Source of the DNA: the human T2T-CHM13v2.0 reference genome, Homo sapiens
Assembly (NCBI RefSeq): GCF_009914755.1
Contig: NC_060927.1
Length of the DNA stretch: 64,000 nt
Strand: one strand, 5' to 3'
This document shows positions 41,801-56,964 of this stretch, piece after piece. Below the pieces are notes generated by a model. It was not told the origin of the DNA. It did no database searches and saw only the letters and a program-made list of their open reading frames with translations. A program made the translations under genes and the position numbers. Position 1 is the first letter of the stretch; each line of letters opens with the position of its first letter.

Positions 41801-43859
41801 ATCATTAAGCTCTACTGTATTTATTTGTGACTTTTTTAGCTTGGCTTTGACCAGGTGGGACCATGGGCATCATCATAGTTTACTGTGCATCAAATAAATA
41901 AAAGCCAGAAAGTAGTCACATTCAACCCCCTACCCGCCCCCTACTGGTCAAAACAGAGCTGTGCTCGGTCTGCTGGAGGTACAGATGAGGGCCAGAGCAA
42001 GAGCTGTGTGTTGAGATGGGCTAATTTTCATTGTAGCTGTGTAGCTCCAATTTTTTCCTTAACATGTCTACTATGAAAGGGGATCATCGCTTTTTAGTTC
42101 TTCCTAACACTGTGAGGGCTTTAGGTTATGGCGTCTGAAATCCTTACGTTTTGGATGTGGAAATTGTGTGTTATTTATAGCTGACACATGAAGAGAATTA
42201 CCAGAAGTGATAATGGAGGAGGAATACCTTCTGTGATTTTACTTTATCAAAAGCAACCACTGCGAAAACATCCCCTTATAAAAGCCATATGAGGGAATAG
42301 GATGTTTGGCTTAGAAGCAGAACTTGATCCTTGAAGAAGTTCACACAAGTGATGTACACAGCAGAAATGCTTTTAATCCCCACAGGTATCTTGCGAATCA
42401 GATGACCAGGCAGAGGAGGCTTTTTTTTGAGACATCCCTCGGGGATGCTATGAACTAAAATGGGAATCGTCTTCTCTAAATGTAGTGCACCGTTGCCCTG
42501 TCATTTAGATGAGATGTAGCATCAAAGGAAATCACTGGGGATATTCAGTTGCTAAAGTCTTTCCTTGAAAGATGCAAACCTTCAAGGAGACCTAACCTGT
42601 GTGAGAGATTGCTTTCTGGAGAGTCAACCTAGGCAAGCAAAGTGCTTGAATATGCCCACCAGATTTGGCGTCCCTGGCCTTCCTTTTAATGTGAGAACTG
42701 CTGGCCATTTCATTTTGACCCTGGTTTCACTGCTGTCGCAAAGTGTCCTTTTGAATCCCGTGGTAGCTTGTGCAAGGTTCCTCGTGCTCTTTCACATCCC
42801 AGACATGGAGTTACCATTCTCTTGTAAACCAAACCCAGTTTCTGGGTGAGGCTGTCTCTAGATATTATCAGATCCCAAGTCTTAGAAGCCATTTGAAATA
42901 CCCTTCATTGAGGATTTAAGGCTGATCGTATTTTCATTATTTAGAACAAATGCTTAAAAATAATGTAAAACCAACTTTACTCTGATGAAGGCAGCTGAAG
43001 CCATCATACTTCATAAGTTCTCTCTTCTTTTCTTTGAGGCCTGGAAACTTGGAAACATTTTCACAGCTTCTTGCTTATTTTAGAGGCAAGAAACATGCAG
43101 TCAGAGTGATCACAGTTTCAGATTTATAACAGGTGACGGCAAAAGGAGAACATTGTGCTCATCAAACTGCTGTGCCACTTCCACCTCCCAGCTCCAGTAT
43201 ATTTATTAACGTCTTTTGAGTAAAGTCTTAAAATTATCTATTAAGCACAATTTTTCACCCTTTCTGATAGATCACTGGTGCTGCCAAGAAGCTTTTAAGC
43301 TGTAAATGAAAAGGAAAAACAATCCTGCATTTGATCTTGGGGTTTTTTTTTTTCCCCCTTCAGTGAATTATCTTAGAACAGAATTTTGCCATGAGTGCTT
43401 TTATTGGAATTTAAAACTATAATACCGACTTTTCCTTCAGTCTGGGCTTAAGGTTTCCCACTGTTCTAAGACTGCATTTGAAGTTATCTATCTTATCTTA
43501 GTGAAAGTTTAAAAAATACTCTTCCTTTGCATTTAAATTTCTTTCTCTGTGGTTAACTAAATCCGAATGAGTCATTTTATCAAAGCTTTAACATGTATGT
43601 TTGTTTTCTGGGTAGCTTATCACCCCTTTTTCTTTTTCCTTTTTTTTTTTTTTTACTTTAAAAGTTTTTTTATATTTGGTTGGATAACCACATGATACGG
43701 GTGTATAAAGTTGTTTGTATGACCATAAACTTTGAAAATGGGTTTTAAGAAGGCATTTGCACCATCTTATCCTGCAAATTAGTAACTTTCTGATCTGGAA
43801 AAGGACTTTTGCTATGCCTCATACATTTCCCTGGAGTTTGATGTAAATTGAAATTTATT

Positions 43860-44560
43860 ATGAATCAAATTCAATTTTAGGTGTTCTTGAGGAATCTGTA
43901 AATGCCAGTTGAGAGGGGAAATTGATTTTGCGTTCAGCCCTCTATGATGAATATCCCCGTGTTTGACACGTGTAAGTGTTCCGCTTATGTTAGTTATTTT
44001 TCCTAATAACCTTTCAGAAGTGTCTGCTAATGAAAGTTGTACCTGTTTTTTTCACTTAAGGTGCGGTCAGTTGAAATATTTGCTGTTGCTCTATATTTTA
44101 TGCAGAGTCTAATGCTTACGCTACGTTATAAACTGAGTCTAAATGGAAAATGAAAATTTTCATTATAGTTGTCTTTTTTTCTAGGAGAAATTAACAGGTA
44201 CATCTTCTGGAATGAGAAAAAAGTAATAGCATTGCTTAACATTTTCACTATTCAATATCCAGGTATAATTGGTTTCGAGATTTTTGCTTTGGGGGTGAAA
44301 TATTTCATGAGCGGCCATTAATTCCCATAATAACTGATGTAAAAACTGAGCTTTATGAATGGAAAAGTAGATTCAGACATCAATCATATTTGCTTGGGAT
44401 CACCCCCTGCAGTTCAGCATAAATCTGTGATTTCCATTATAATACGTTTAAATTACTGCAGCACCTGGGAAAACCGGAACTGGGTACAGGCGCGATGTCC
44501 ACACTCACCATTTTGACAGTTGTTTGGATCCCGTTCAAACTGGCAGTCACACTTGTAGTG
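43860..44560. promoter_or_regulatory. Candidate conserved enhancer within a ~3.5-kb repeat-free block
   Basis: TGACACGTG 43964-43972, CCATTAAT 44315-44322, TTTATG 44352; retained CpGs. Confidence 0.4.
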
Positions 44561-45330
44561 TGTTTAGGAGCAGTTTTTGCACAACTTAAGGAAGCATTTA
44601 AAAATAAAACACTGTTTTCTGATAGAAAGCAGCCCTATATTTACTCACACGAGGTTTGCAAAGCTCAGTGGAATAATTTGACATGAAGTGCCTCTAAGCA
44701 GACCTCAAACAAGCTCCTTGCCTCCCATAAGCTTAGAAAGAGGATGCTTACATAGCAAAACTGAGTAAATATGCACAGGGCTCATAAAAAGTCGTAAGTG
44801 ATGGAACCTAAAGAAAAAGCCAGTGCTTAATAAAATCGCAGTGTGAAGATAGATTGCTAAATCTGTCATCCTAGGAAAATGCCAGGCAAATACACAGAAA
44901 CTGCTGAAGATTTTATAAGATTGTTTAAGGTTTAGCCATGTAAAAGAAGTAAGGTGCTGCATTTTGGGAGAAGATAATCCATACTCTATTTCTGAAATGT
45001 TGGGTTTCTAGTTTTCAATAATAGTACATGAAATGGTTTGAGAGTTATATTTAACTTTATTCTCCTGCATTGATCCAAAAGGTCCAATAAAATGTTAGAT
45101 TTTATTATTTGAGAAGTAATCATTTATTTTGCAAAGCTAAATAGGGAACTCTGTTTTGCCCTTTCATGAAGAGATGGAGTTTCTGCAGCTGGAGCACCAT
45201 GTGCAGCTCCATGGGCTTTGCAATGTCCACCCATGTTTGATGGAGAAAGAGAGTAACATTTTGGATAACTTTTGAATTGAATGGAAAGAAGTATTGGTGG
45301 GGTCCATGTCTTGGCTTCCTTACTGACTTG

Positions 45331-45331
<1 letters not shown>

Positions 45332-45370
<39 letters not shown>

Positions 45371-45654
45371 AGACAGTCTTGCTCTGTTGCCCAGGCTGGA
45401 GTACAGTGGCGACCTATCTCAGCTCACTGCAACCTCTGCCTCCCAGGTTCAAGCAATTCTCCTGCCTCAGCCTCCTGAGTAGCAGGGATTACAGGCACCT
45501 ACCACCATGCCTGGCTGATTTTTGTATTTTTAGTAGAGACAGGGTTTTACCAGGTTGGCCAGGCTGGTCTCGAATTCCTGACGTCAGGTGATCCACCTGC
45601 CTCGCTGGGTGGATGAAGTGCTGGGATTACAGGCGTGAGCCACCGTGCCCAGGC
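45332..45654 (-). mobile_element. AluS (Sx/Sz-like) with T37 tail
   Basis: Both arms; TSD actgacttgt at 45322 and 45655. Confidence 0.96.
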
Positions 45655-45933
45655 ACTGACTTGTTTTTAATGTGGTTGCATTACTTACTTTTCTGCACCT
45701 TCTTTAACTTTAAATGAAAAATAACCTTTCCTAGCAAAATACTGAGTGCGTAATTAGTAGATAGGTGAGATAGCACTGCTGGCAGAGGTCATGCATGAAT
45801 GAATGAAACTTGAGAAATGCTGGACTTCAGAACAATTAATCTCATAGCAGTGAGGATACTCTGAAGGAAGTGCCAAGATTTTTTTTCTCCTTCACTGATT
45901 CCTCCTTTCTGCCCTGGTTGTTTTTGCATCTGA

Positions 45934-46337
<404 letters not shown>

Positions 46338-46368
46338 CGTTAGATGCTTCTTATATGATGGTCAAACC

Positions 46369-46575
46369 AATGTGGTCTGGTGGAAGGAGTTCTGTAGTTG
46401 AGATCAGACACATTGACATTCTGATCCCAACAGCAGCCATTACTTATTGACTCTTCTTAGGCAAGTTAATTTACAGCTCTGTGCACTCTTCTTCCTGTAT
46501 TAAATGGAAAGAATACTGCCATCTCACAAACTTGTTGTGTGGATCCAAGGTGATAATCATTCATGAGTGCAATAA
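46369..46575 (+). mobile_element. MIR
   Basis: ggtggaaggag..tcagaca..ttaggcaagttaattta..ctctgtgc..cttgttgtgtggat. Confidence 0.7.
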
Positions 46576-46747
46576 TTGCCATACTTGTCATAATAATCCA
46601 GCAACCATTGTCCTGCAGTCGTCCAACATGCTTCATCCATGTAAAGGGCTTCGCCCAGTGCCTGAAATCTATGACTCTCATTATTATGATTCTCTATCAG
46701 GGATAATCTCAGAGAGTCAGATGATCAGTTAAGAGGTCAGTGATTTA

Positions 46748-47044
46748 GGCCAGGCATGGTGGCTCACGCCGGTAATCCCAGCGCTTTGGGAGGCTGAGGC
46801 GGGCAGATCATGAGGTTAGGAGATCGAGACCGTCCTGGCCAACATGATGAAACCCCGTCTCTACTAAAATACAAAAAATTAGCCGGGCATGGCGGTGCAT
46901 GCCTGTAGCCCCAGCTGCTTGGGAGGCTGAGGCAGGGGAATCTCTTGAACCCAGGAGGCGGAGGTTGCAGTGAGCCGAGAGCGCCACTGCACTCCAGCCT
47001 GGGCGACAAGCAAAACTCCATCTCAACAAAACAAAACAAAAAAA
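46748..47044 (+). mobile_element. AluSc-like, full length
   Basis: ggagatcgagaccgtcctggccaacatg; TSD aggtc(a)gtgattta. Confidence 0.95.
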
Positions 47045-47281
47045 CAGGTCGTGATTTATAGATGCCATAAAATATGACATTTTGCTGAACTAACCATTGA
47101 AATTTGATCAATAGTCTCCCTCCAACTTCCCCTTTTTTTGGTCTTTAAAAACAGTTTTTTTCATTCTTAAGAAGTTTGACTCACACTCTATTGGCTTATG
47201 CTTTGTTTATAAAGAAATATTTGATTTGCTAACCAGCATGTAAGAATAGATTTTTTTTTTTCTTTAGAAAGCCAGAATGCT

Positions 47282-47578
47282 GGCCAGGTGCGGTGGCTCA
47301 TGCCTGTAATCCCAATACTTTGGAAGGTCGCGGCGGGTGGATTACCTGAGGTCAGGAGCTGGAGACCAGTCTGGCCATCATGGTGAAACCCTGTCTCTAC
47401 TAAAAATACAAAAAATTAGCCAGGCGCGGTGGCAGGCATCATAATCCCAGGTACTTGGGAGGCTGAGATAGGAGAGTCACTTGAACCCTTGTGGTGGAGG
47501 TTGCGTGAGCGGAGATCGCGCTACTACACTCCAGCCTGGGCAATAGGGCGAGACTCTGTCTAAAAAAAAAAAAAAAAA
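47282..47578 (+). mobile_element. AluSx-like, full length
   Basis: Both arms and A tail. Confidence 0.95.
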
Positions 47579-47899
47579 GGAAGGAAGTTAGTTTTGCATC
47601 ATAAACAGAAATTGGCCATGGCCATGTTGGAGCTATTCCCTTTACCTGGGTGCTCTCCCAGGAGCCATGGTCCTCAGCCATCTGTACTGCCTTCTAACTC
47701 AGAGGCAGTTTCTATTTGTCACCACATTTGCTGTCATTTTCCAAACAGCAGAGTTAAGAGGAAGTGAAATGCCTATTTTCTTCATATACCTATTAAATAA
47801 GAGAAAACAAAAATTAGACCAAGCCCCATTCACTCATGTGAGTGTACCCCATGGCCCTTTTTTCATTTTGTCTATATTATTGAGTCAATTTTAGGTTCA

Positions 47900-48115
47900 A
47901 CAAATATTTATTGTTCACTTCATAATGAGACCTGTGTTAGGCACATTTGCATATCTTATTTAATTCTCCTAACCGTTATTTGAGATAGTTAATGATGATG
48001 ACCATGAATTCACTTTTTTTAAGAGATGAAGAAACTGAGACTCAGAGAGGTTTGTGAACACAGCTATTACACAGCTATTAGCCAGAAGAGCTAAGTCTTA
48101 AACTCTGACCTGGAC
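47900..48115 (-). mobile_element. MIR
   Basis: agatgaagaaactgagactcagagagg..acacagcta. Confidence 0.8.
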
Positions 48116-48711
48116 AATTCTGTTACATTTATGTTTACTGTAACATAGAAACTTTGCCCCAAATCTCAAAAGTATTGCTTCTCTATTAAATGTCTTTTTT
48201 AAAATTGTCCCAGAGAATAGAAAATATAATTTTTATATGACTTAGCAAACTTCCTTCCCAAACATGATATGAAGAAATGAGTGAAATCTCCTTTAAATAG
48301 ACATCTCAGTCTTTCTAAGTATTGTATGCCAGTAGGAAGAAGGCTAGTATTCTCCCTAGGATATGCAGGCCAGTGTATACAGATTTGTCTCACATCTGGG
48401 TGCAGATCTCCTTGCCAGGTGCAGAATGGGGACTTTACGCCAGGTATGCTTGTTGGTCATTATAAAGTTCAAGTGAATTGTGTATAAGTCTTTGTGTTTT
48501 CATGACAACTTTTTTTTCCTGATGTTCAGGTACCAAACACAGAAAAATCCTTACGTGAAAAACAGATACAGATTCTTGTAGTAGGAAGGGAATTGCATTA
48601 GGGGTTGGAGTTCTGGAGTTTTTGGTCTAACCACATCCTGTCTTAGGAATTTTGCCATATCAGTTGTTGTGAACCTGTTTTCTAAAAATGCTGACAAAAA
48701 TACATGTAATA

Positions 48712-49087
<376 letters not shown>

Positions 49088-49467
49088 TTAATGATTTACT
49101 GTCACCATCATGCCCTAAAATATTACTCTCTTCATGGGGTACGTCAAAATTTCTTATACGAGTCACTTAGTGTGGGTCCCTTTGAAAAAGCATGAATGAA
49201 ATGGCAGGGCCTATGCTCCCAGAGGATTGGATAACTGCTGCTTAACTAATGGGATAGAGGTCATCACCCTCCCTAGTCTGAAGAATAGAGAAAACAGAGA
49301 AGCCAGAGTGTAGGTAGCAGTTTCAGATCTGGGTTATCTCCTTATACTTCCTTTAGTTCTCTTACATTAAAAGTAATTTAACTTTTTTTTCGTTGAATAT
49401 ATATTGAGCAGGTGCTATATGCCTTGGTTCCAGCAGCAAACAAAGTACCACATTTTGTCAGTTACAT

Positions 49468-49683
49468 CAGGGTTTCTCAACCTCAACACTATTGACATTT
49501 TGAGCTCATTTTTTGTTGTTGTTGTAGGGGCTTTCCTGTGCCTTTTAAGGGAGTTCTGCAGCATCCTGGGTCTCTACCCACTAGATAACTGCTGTGACAC
49601 CTCCCATTTGTGACAACGAAGCCTCCCTAAACATTGCCCAGATGTTCATTGGTGTGCAGAACCACCCTGGCTGAGAGCCACTG
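49468..49683 (-). mobile_element. MER20
   Basis: cagggtttctcaacctcaacactattgacatttt..ctctacccactagat..tgtgacaac..acattgcc..tgagagccactg. Confidence 0.92.
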
Positions 49684-50360
49684 AGTTGTTGGATGTACAG
49701 TTTTCACATATTGATGTCCCTGTGATCGGAGCGCATCTTACAACTGATGCCCTCCTGTTCTTAAGATTGGCAGTGGGATTCTTCTTGGCTTGTGGCATTG
49801 TACAGCAGGTGGACACCGTGCTTCCATCGTCTTCCTCATTTCCCCTAGCCCCTTCTCAGAGCTCACAGTCAGCTGGCTGCAGTGGAAGTCTGGGGATTAG
49901 ATGAAGGTGAATTTAAGTCCCTCTCAGTTTGAAGAGCTCTATGACTTTATCACAGTCTGAAATTCCCCTTTTCACAGGGCCAGACAGCCTCGCGCTACAT
50001 GATAATCTGTTTGTGAGTTCGAGATCGTTGGATTCATTAGGGAATGACTAGGATAGTTGTCAGCCTCTGCTTTGTCAAAGTATAATCTTGAAAAAAAAAT
50101 TTTCTTTTTCAATTTTAATATAGTCTATCCCACTGGAATGTACTATCACTGGCAATAAACTGGCTCTGGTTCTTTTTAAAGAAATTACTGTTACGCTGTA
50201 GCATTTGTCTGTATAATTTTAGTTATTGAATTAAAATCTTTTGGGACCCCAACAGGATGAGATCATTGGCCAGCTGGCTTCCTCCCACCTGCACCTGGAC
50301 TGAAATTCCCCGTGGCATTAGAGGTGTTTCGTAAGGTGCTCCCTGCTGTCTGTCCTACAG

Positions 50361-50539
50361 ATTGCAGTGGCTCTGCTGGAAAAGAACGGAATTCTATGCA
50401 AGTTGCGTGTGTCATGAAGGTCTCTGCACAGTGGGTGTGTTTCTTTGTCGTCTTTTCTCCACTCTGCTCTTCTGTGAAATGTGCCAGCAGTGGACAGAAC
50501 AGGGGCAGAGGTGATCAGTGACCATTGCACAGAATATCA
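50361..50539 (+). other. Candidate cryptic/alternative exon (179 nt) in unique sequence
   Basis: Acceptor ctccctgctgtctgtcctacAG| at 50360, donor TCA|GTAAGT at 50539/50540; alternative upstream acceptor at 50255. Confidence 0.35.
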
Positions 50540-50682
50540 GTAAGTGTTGTAAGGTATATAGTCTTGGCCAACAAATTGTAAGCAAAATACCAGGAACTTC
50601 CTAATCTAGTAGGAAATTTTGTATGCTTTTGACAAACATCTGATCCTACTGACACTGAAAGTCCTTAGAAGGAAAAACTTGA

Positions 50683-51112
<430 letters not shown>

Positions 51113-51150
51113 TCATCTGTACTTAAGTAATTTTGCTAAATTAATAAGAT

Positions 51151-51345
51151 CAACAATGGCTACCATTTAGAGAACACATTGCATAACTAGGCACTGTCCT
51201 GAGAACTCTGAATATAAAATGAATACTGACAGTGACTCTGAGAGGAGGCATGGCAGCAGACAAGATGGCTATTTCTGTCCCATTAGGTGAGAAAAACGAA
51301 ACACAGAGACGTGAAGTGGCTTGCCCAAGCTATATGCTCATTAAA
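51151..51345 (-). mobile_element. MIR
   Basis: ggctaccattt..aggcactgtcct..cacagagacgtgaagtggcttgcccaag. Confidence 0.75.
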
Positions 51346-51774
51346 CATCACTGGTGAAATGAGCTTTCCTCTGCTCAGCCAACTTTCTTGATTGATTGAT
51401 TCATTCATTCATTTTTTTTCTTTACTATTATCTCTCTCTTTGTATGAGACTACAAATTGTTATAGTAATTGACTTATTGATACAGTTACTAATTATTTAA
51501 ACAGCACAAAATTAAAAACTTGGCCACAATATTATTAACACACAGCTGGGGATTAATATTTTGTGTCTTCCTCATACAATCCCAAAGTCAACTTCACCTT
51601 CCCTAGCAATAAATAAAATCACACTGGATAATTTTAAAATTTTCTATCAAATGTGTGATCAAGTCTGTGCTCTGACAGCAACTCTACAATTGGCAGGAGC
51701 TGAGAAACAAAATACATTTTTTAAAGTAATAAATAAAAATGTTAATTCCTGCCATGCCTGTGAGGTTTGAAGCT

Positions 51775-51823
51775 GGGAACAGAGAAGGATTTAATTTAGG
51801 GAACAGAGAAAGATTTAATTTAG
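51775..51823. repeat. 24-bp tandem duplication
   Basis: ggaacagagaaRgatttaatttag x2, one mismatch. Confidence 0.95.
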
Positions 51824-52434
51824 AAATGACTTCATAAAGACTTAGGTTCTAATTAAGAAGACTGAAAGAAGAGCATCAAACCCCACAGCCTACATTCTTC
51901 TGTGGGCCTGTTTGATAGTGAGCTCTCCTGCCTTCAGAAGTGCCCTCTGTACTACATAGATTGTGCTGTGCATGGTTGAATTTACATGGGATGCCTATCT
52001 ACAGGTAAACCAAGTACAGGTATGATATTCCATTCCAGTGGATTTAGCTCCATCTTGATTTTGTAAATGAGATGCCAAAAATACCTGTGTTCAGTAATTA
52101 GTGTCGCTTTCTGCATCAGTGTGCTATTTTGGCATTGCTCTCTTCTGTTGCAGAAATTTGAAGACATCTGTTTACTTTCAACTCTCAGAGACCTTTTTAA
52201 GCACACTGAATTTGTAGAGCATGAGCTTGTTCTTATGTTAGAGCTCCTTACGGTATCTTCCCTCTTCTAGAACTTTTTAACAAAATTATTGAAAATCAGT
52301 GAAAACATTTGAACAAATTTAGACATGGTATGATGAGAAATGACAGCTCTTATTAAAAGGAAGAGTGTTCTGCTAAAATCTCTTCTTGGGGGATGTATGT
52401 TTGGGGTTAAGTAAGGAAGAGTTTCAGAGGTTTC

Positions 52435-52720
52435 CAGCAGCGATGTAATCCTTTATAGAAAAGGCCCATCGTTCTTTTAACAATAGCCAAAGTGGACCGA
52501 CCAGGGTGGCAGCGTTTTCATTAGCAATGATAATTAGTCCAGCTTAATCACGTGGGCATTTGAGCTTTTGATCCCATGCTAATTTGTGGACCTGCATAAG
52601 GAGATAAACTAAGTGGACTAAAGGTCAGTTTTGTGGTTGGCCTGTGTAATGAGCATCTGTTCAAAGTATATAAAAGACTTGTTTAAAAATTGACAACAAT
52701 TTATGAAACCAGTTACAATG
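52435..52720. promoter_or_regulatory. Candidate deeply conserved developmental enhancer
   Basis: TAATCC 52446, AACAAT 52479, TAATTA 52531, CACGTG 52549, AAAGGTCA 52620, TGTGGTT 52632, TTCAAAG 52660 in repeat-free DNA. Confidence 0.5.
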
Positions 52721-52931
52721 TAAAGGATGGTACTTAATTTATACCTGAGAAATTATACATACAAAATACGTGACATAAGGAAGGGTTCATTTCAGCAGCA
52801 ATGGTTCTGACCGGTGCCAGGGCAATATGGGAATGATAAATTGAGATAAAGTGCACAGAGTATGCAGTGAAGGAATGTCAGTGATATATAGGAAATCTGA
52901 AGCTTTGGAGGTTGCCCAGATGGAGGTGACT

Positions 52932-53425
52932 TGTATCCGTTAGGATTTATTCAGGCATGTATAACAGAAAAGCCAGGACAAGCAGGGTGGAAGCAAAAAA
53001 TAGGAACTGATTGACTGAAGTAACTGAAAAGTCTGGGGCTGGTTCTGGCCTTTGGCTTCCTGCCTCTGCCTGGGTTGGCTTCCTTTCTAGGCAGGCCCTT
53101 TCTTCGTGGTGGCCCCTGGCATTACTGGGCTGAAATCGTCTTATAGTTGCAATGCCAAAGGAACAAAATCTTCTCTCCCTAAAATTTCTTGCAAAAGTCT
53201 TATCCTTGGACCAGTCACCGCATCTAGAGGGAAAAACTTGTCTAATTGCCAAGTGTGAATGTCTGCCTGCCTCCTTTTTCAGAGGAGGCCCTGACCAGAC
53301 CCTGCTTGCCTTTCAGAAGGACTGAATATGGAATGAGGGGAATAGTTTCTTAAAAGGAAATCTGAGTGGGTCCTCAGAATGAGAAGAATTGGTGCTGGCC
53401 AGGCACGGAAAACACGTATCCCATA
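52932..53425 (-). mobile_element. Old MLT1 (L/M/N-like) LTR
   Basis: gttaggattt..taacagaaaa..gtaactgaaaagtctgggg..gggttggcttc..aggcaggccct. Confidence 0.6.
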
Positions 53426-53448
53426 GGAAATCAAGAAGGAAACTCTAA

Positions 53449-53915
<467 letters not shown>

Positions 53916-54889
53916 GTGTTATGGGGGGCGGTCAAGGGTGGGTTATGTCCTCCAGATATGGAGTGATTGGTTGCTATAGCTACAATAAAAGGCAGAGGGG
54001 TTGACGGATTCTGTAGTGGGAAAAGTAATCTAGGGAACAGGAGATTCTATTAGAGAAAAGGAAGGGAGGGATGGAGAGAGGTTTGAATACCTCCAAAGTG
54101 GAGTCTGACTTTGGGTACCTGGAGTATTGTATCAAGCACAGAGGGATTTAGCGTAGGTGTGTAAAGAGCCTTTTTGTTAATTGGGAGTGAGAGTTAATGT
54201 ATTTACCTTTGAGAATGCAGTCATGATACTGTGTTATTTTAGATGCTTTGCCTGCCCTGGAAGAAGCACTGAGTTGATGATCTAATAGCTTGTTACCACT
54301 GTTAATGTCTATGATTATCTTTGTCACAGTGGGAATATAGCTGTCAGGGAAAGAGAAAGGCATTTCTTCTTCACTTTCAGTAATCGAGCTCAAACTGCTG
54401 ACACTCCAAGGAAGAGAAGGCACTTAACAAAAAAGACAAGCCAAGAAAAAAAAAAAAAAGCCATGGGACCTTAGCATGTGATGGCTTTTAATGGGAATGC
54501 TCAGATGGTCTTGCCAACGGCCTGGTTTTCGTCACCAAGGGATTAGTAGAGTATGACCTGATGGCTTAAAAAAACAACTCAAAAAAACCAAATCAACCAA
54601 CCAAACAAAAAAACCAGGTGTGCTGGGGTATTTATAACCGAAGGAAAATGGATTTAAATGAACAGATGGAAAAATAAAAATAATGCAGTTTTTCTTGTTG
54701 ATGGTAGCGTAATGAGGATTAAATAAAAATGTAGCCTTTTATGTTTTGAGGGGTGCAATATGAAGGAGAGGCTCTGATACAGGCTGTCTCTTTAAGGAAA
54801 GAAGCAACAAAAATTAATTATGTAGAGGAGAATCAGGGTCTTGAGCATTGGTGGTGGAGAAACCACAATTGAAGTGAGGCTTTGGGTAG

Positions 54890-55447
<558 letters not shown>

Positions 55448-55494
55448 AAGCCTTTAGTTTTTAATCACTGCCTTCCAGGCCCCTCCTCCAGAAA

Positions 55495-55865
55495 AATCCC
55501 TGAATGGCCTTGCATTACTAGTAATATAAAGTTTTAAAATACTTTGTGTGGCTTACAAGGTCCTTTTTAGCTTTCTCTGGGAGACAGTTTCCAGGCCTGT
55601 GCTGAATTCTTTTGTCTTTCCTCACATTCTTTTCCCCCAGCTCTCCCCCATCTGACTTTCTGCCATCTTACTTACTTCCTCTTATGCCCCTGCAGTTTTG
55701 CTTATACCTGTGTTATGACACCTATGCCTCCAAATTGTCTTTTTCTGAATGCTTGATTGTGAGAACTTCTGGGAGTTCCAGTCTTGTGGAAGTTGTATCT
55801 TATGTTTTTTGCCCCCATGATTTTAGACATAGTAGGTGTTCAATGAAGTAAATGCTGAAAGAAAA
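55495..55865 (+). mobile_element. L2 fragment
   Basis: tggcttacaaggtcct..gattgtgag..acatagtaggtgttcaat..aatgctgaa. Confidence 0.55.
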
Positions 55866-56964
55866 CTATAAATGGTAGGTTTCAGAGGGTTAATTGTTCT
55901 TGGTATTTCTTTCAGACAGAAGCCCAGAGGAACTTTAGGAGCAGCAACCATGCCTTAAATGGTTTTTTTTTAATACATTTTTTTAAAGCATTGGTTATAG
56001 GTTCTTTCTGTACAGTTGTGTTAGAGGCAGATTACATTTACTTTCTTGCACCTCTGGTAACTGGATAAAAAAACTCTTTGTTCACCTAAGAAGTCTTGCT
56101 TCATATTTGAACTGGCTGATTCGACCCCCTTTAGTATTTTACCATGTTTATGCCTGCCACAGGAAATGTGAAAGTGAGTGTTTTTTGATCTTTATGTTTA
56201 AATTATTAATGTAAAGTCAAAACTGGGAAGAGAGCTCAGTTGCTGCATGGCATATACGTAAATATTATCCTATTTGAAGAACGGGATTTCTGGAAAAACT
56301 CATGGGGATTTTGCAGTAATCCTATGTCCTGTCATGTGGACAAGTATTTCAACCCAGCTGTCCCCAAGACATGCCATCGCTCCCTTTCAGCCCATTGGCT
56401 CTGTGGAATTTTCATTGCAGGAACATGGAACTGGTTAAAATATCATTTTCGTAAGCAGTACAAGAAGCTGTAAATTGCCCCCTAGCTCTTAAAGACAGTA
56501 AGTCATTCATTGTTAGCAGTGATAATGCATGCCTATACAGATTTTAGGAGTGTTTCAGTTCTGATCTTTCATGTTAGAAAAGTAATCTCCCTTCCCAGTT
56601 GAACTCTTTTTCCTAGTTACTAGAATTGGAAGTGGCAATCACTTCTATTCCAGCCTGTCCAGTGTTTTCTGCTGAAACTATTTAGAAAGTGTGATGTCCT
56701 AATGGGACCTGGCTAACTTCTTGAACTGTAGCTTTTAATGTTCTTGGTTTTGTAATAATCTCATCCTTTCAAAATTTGCTTGAAATTTGTGTTTCTTTGA
56801 CCTCTGGTAGACTATACTTTGGTGCCCTTTGTAGAAAGATTTTCTTTGACTCAATATTGTAGATAGTTCAGGCAACCTTTTAAAGAAGTATTCTTCTTTG
56901 TATGGTTCTAAGAATTCTTTACACATTTAGTTCTGGATTATTTCGTGGGAAGATGGCTCCCAAT

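Noticed and set aside
43944-44136. C-box ATGATGA as a snoRNA start
   Set aside because: The nearest CTGA is ~190 nt away and there is no terminal stem
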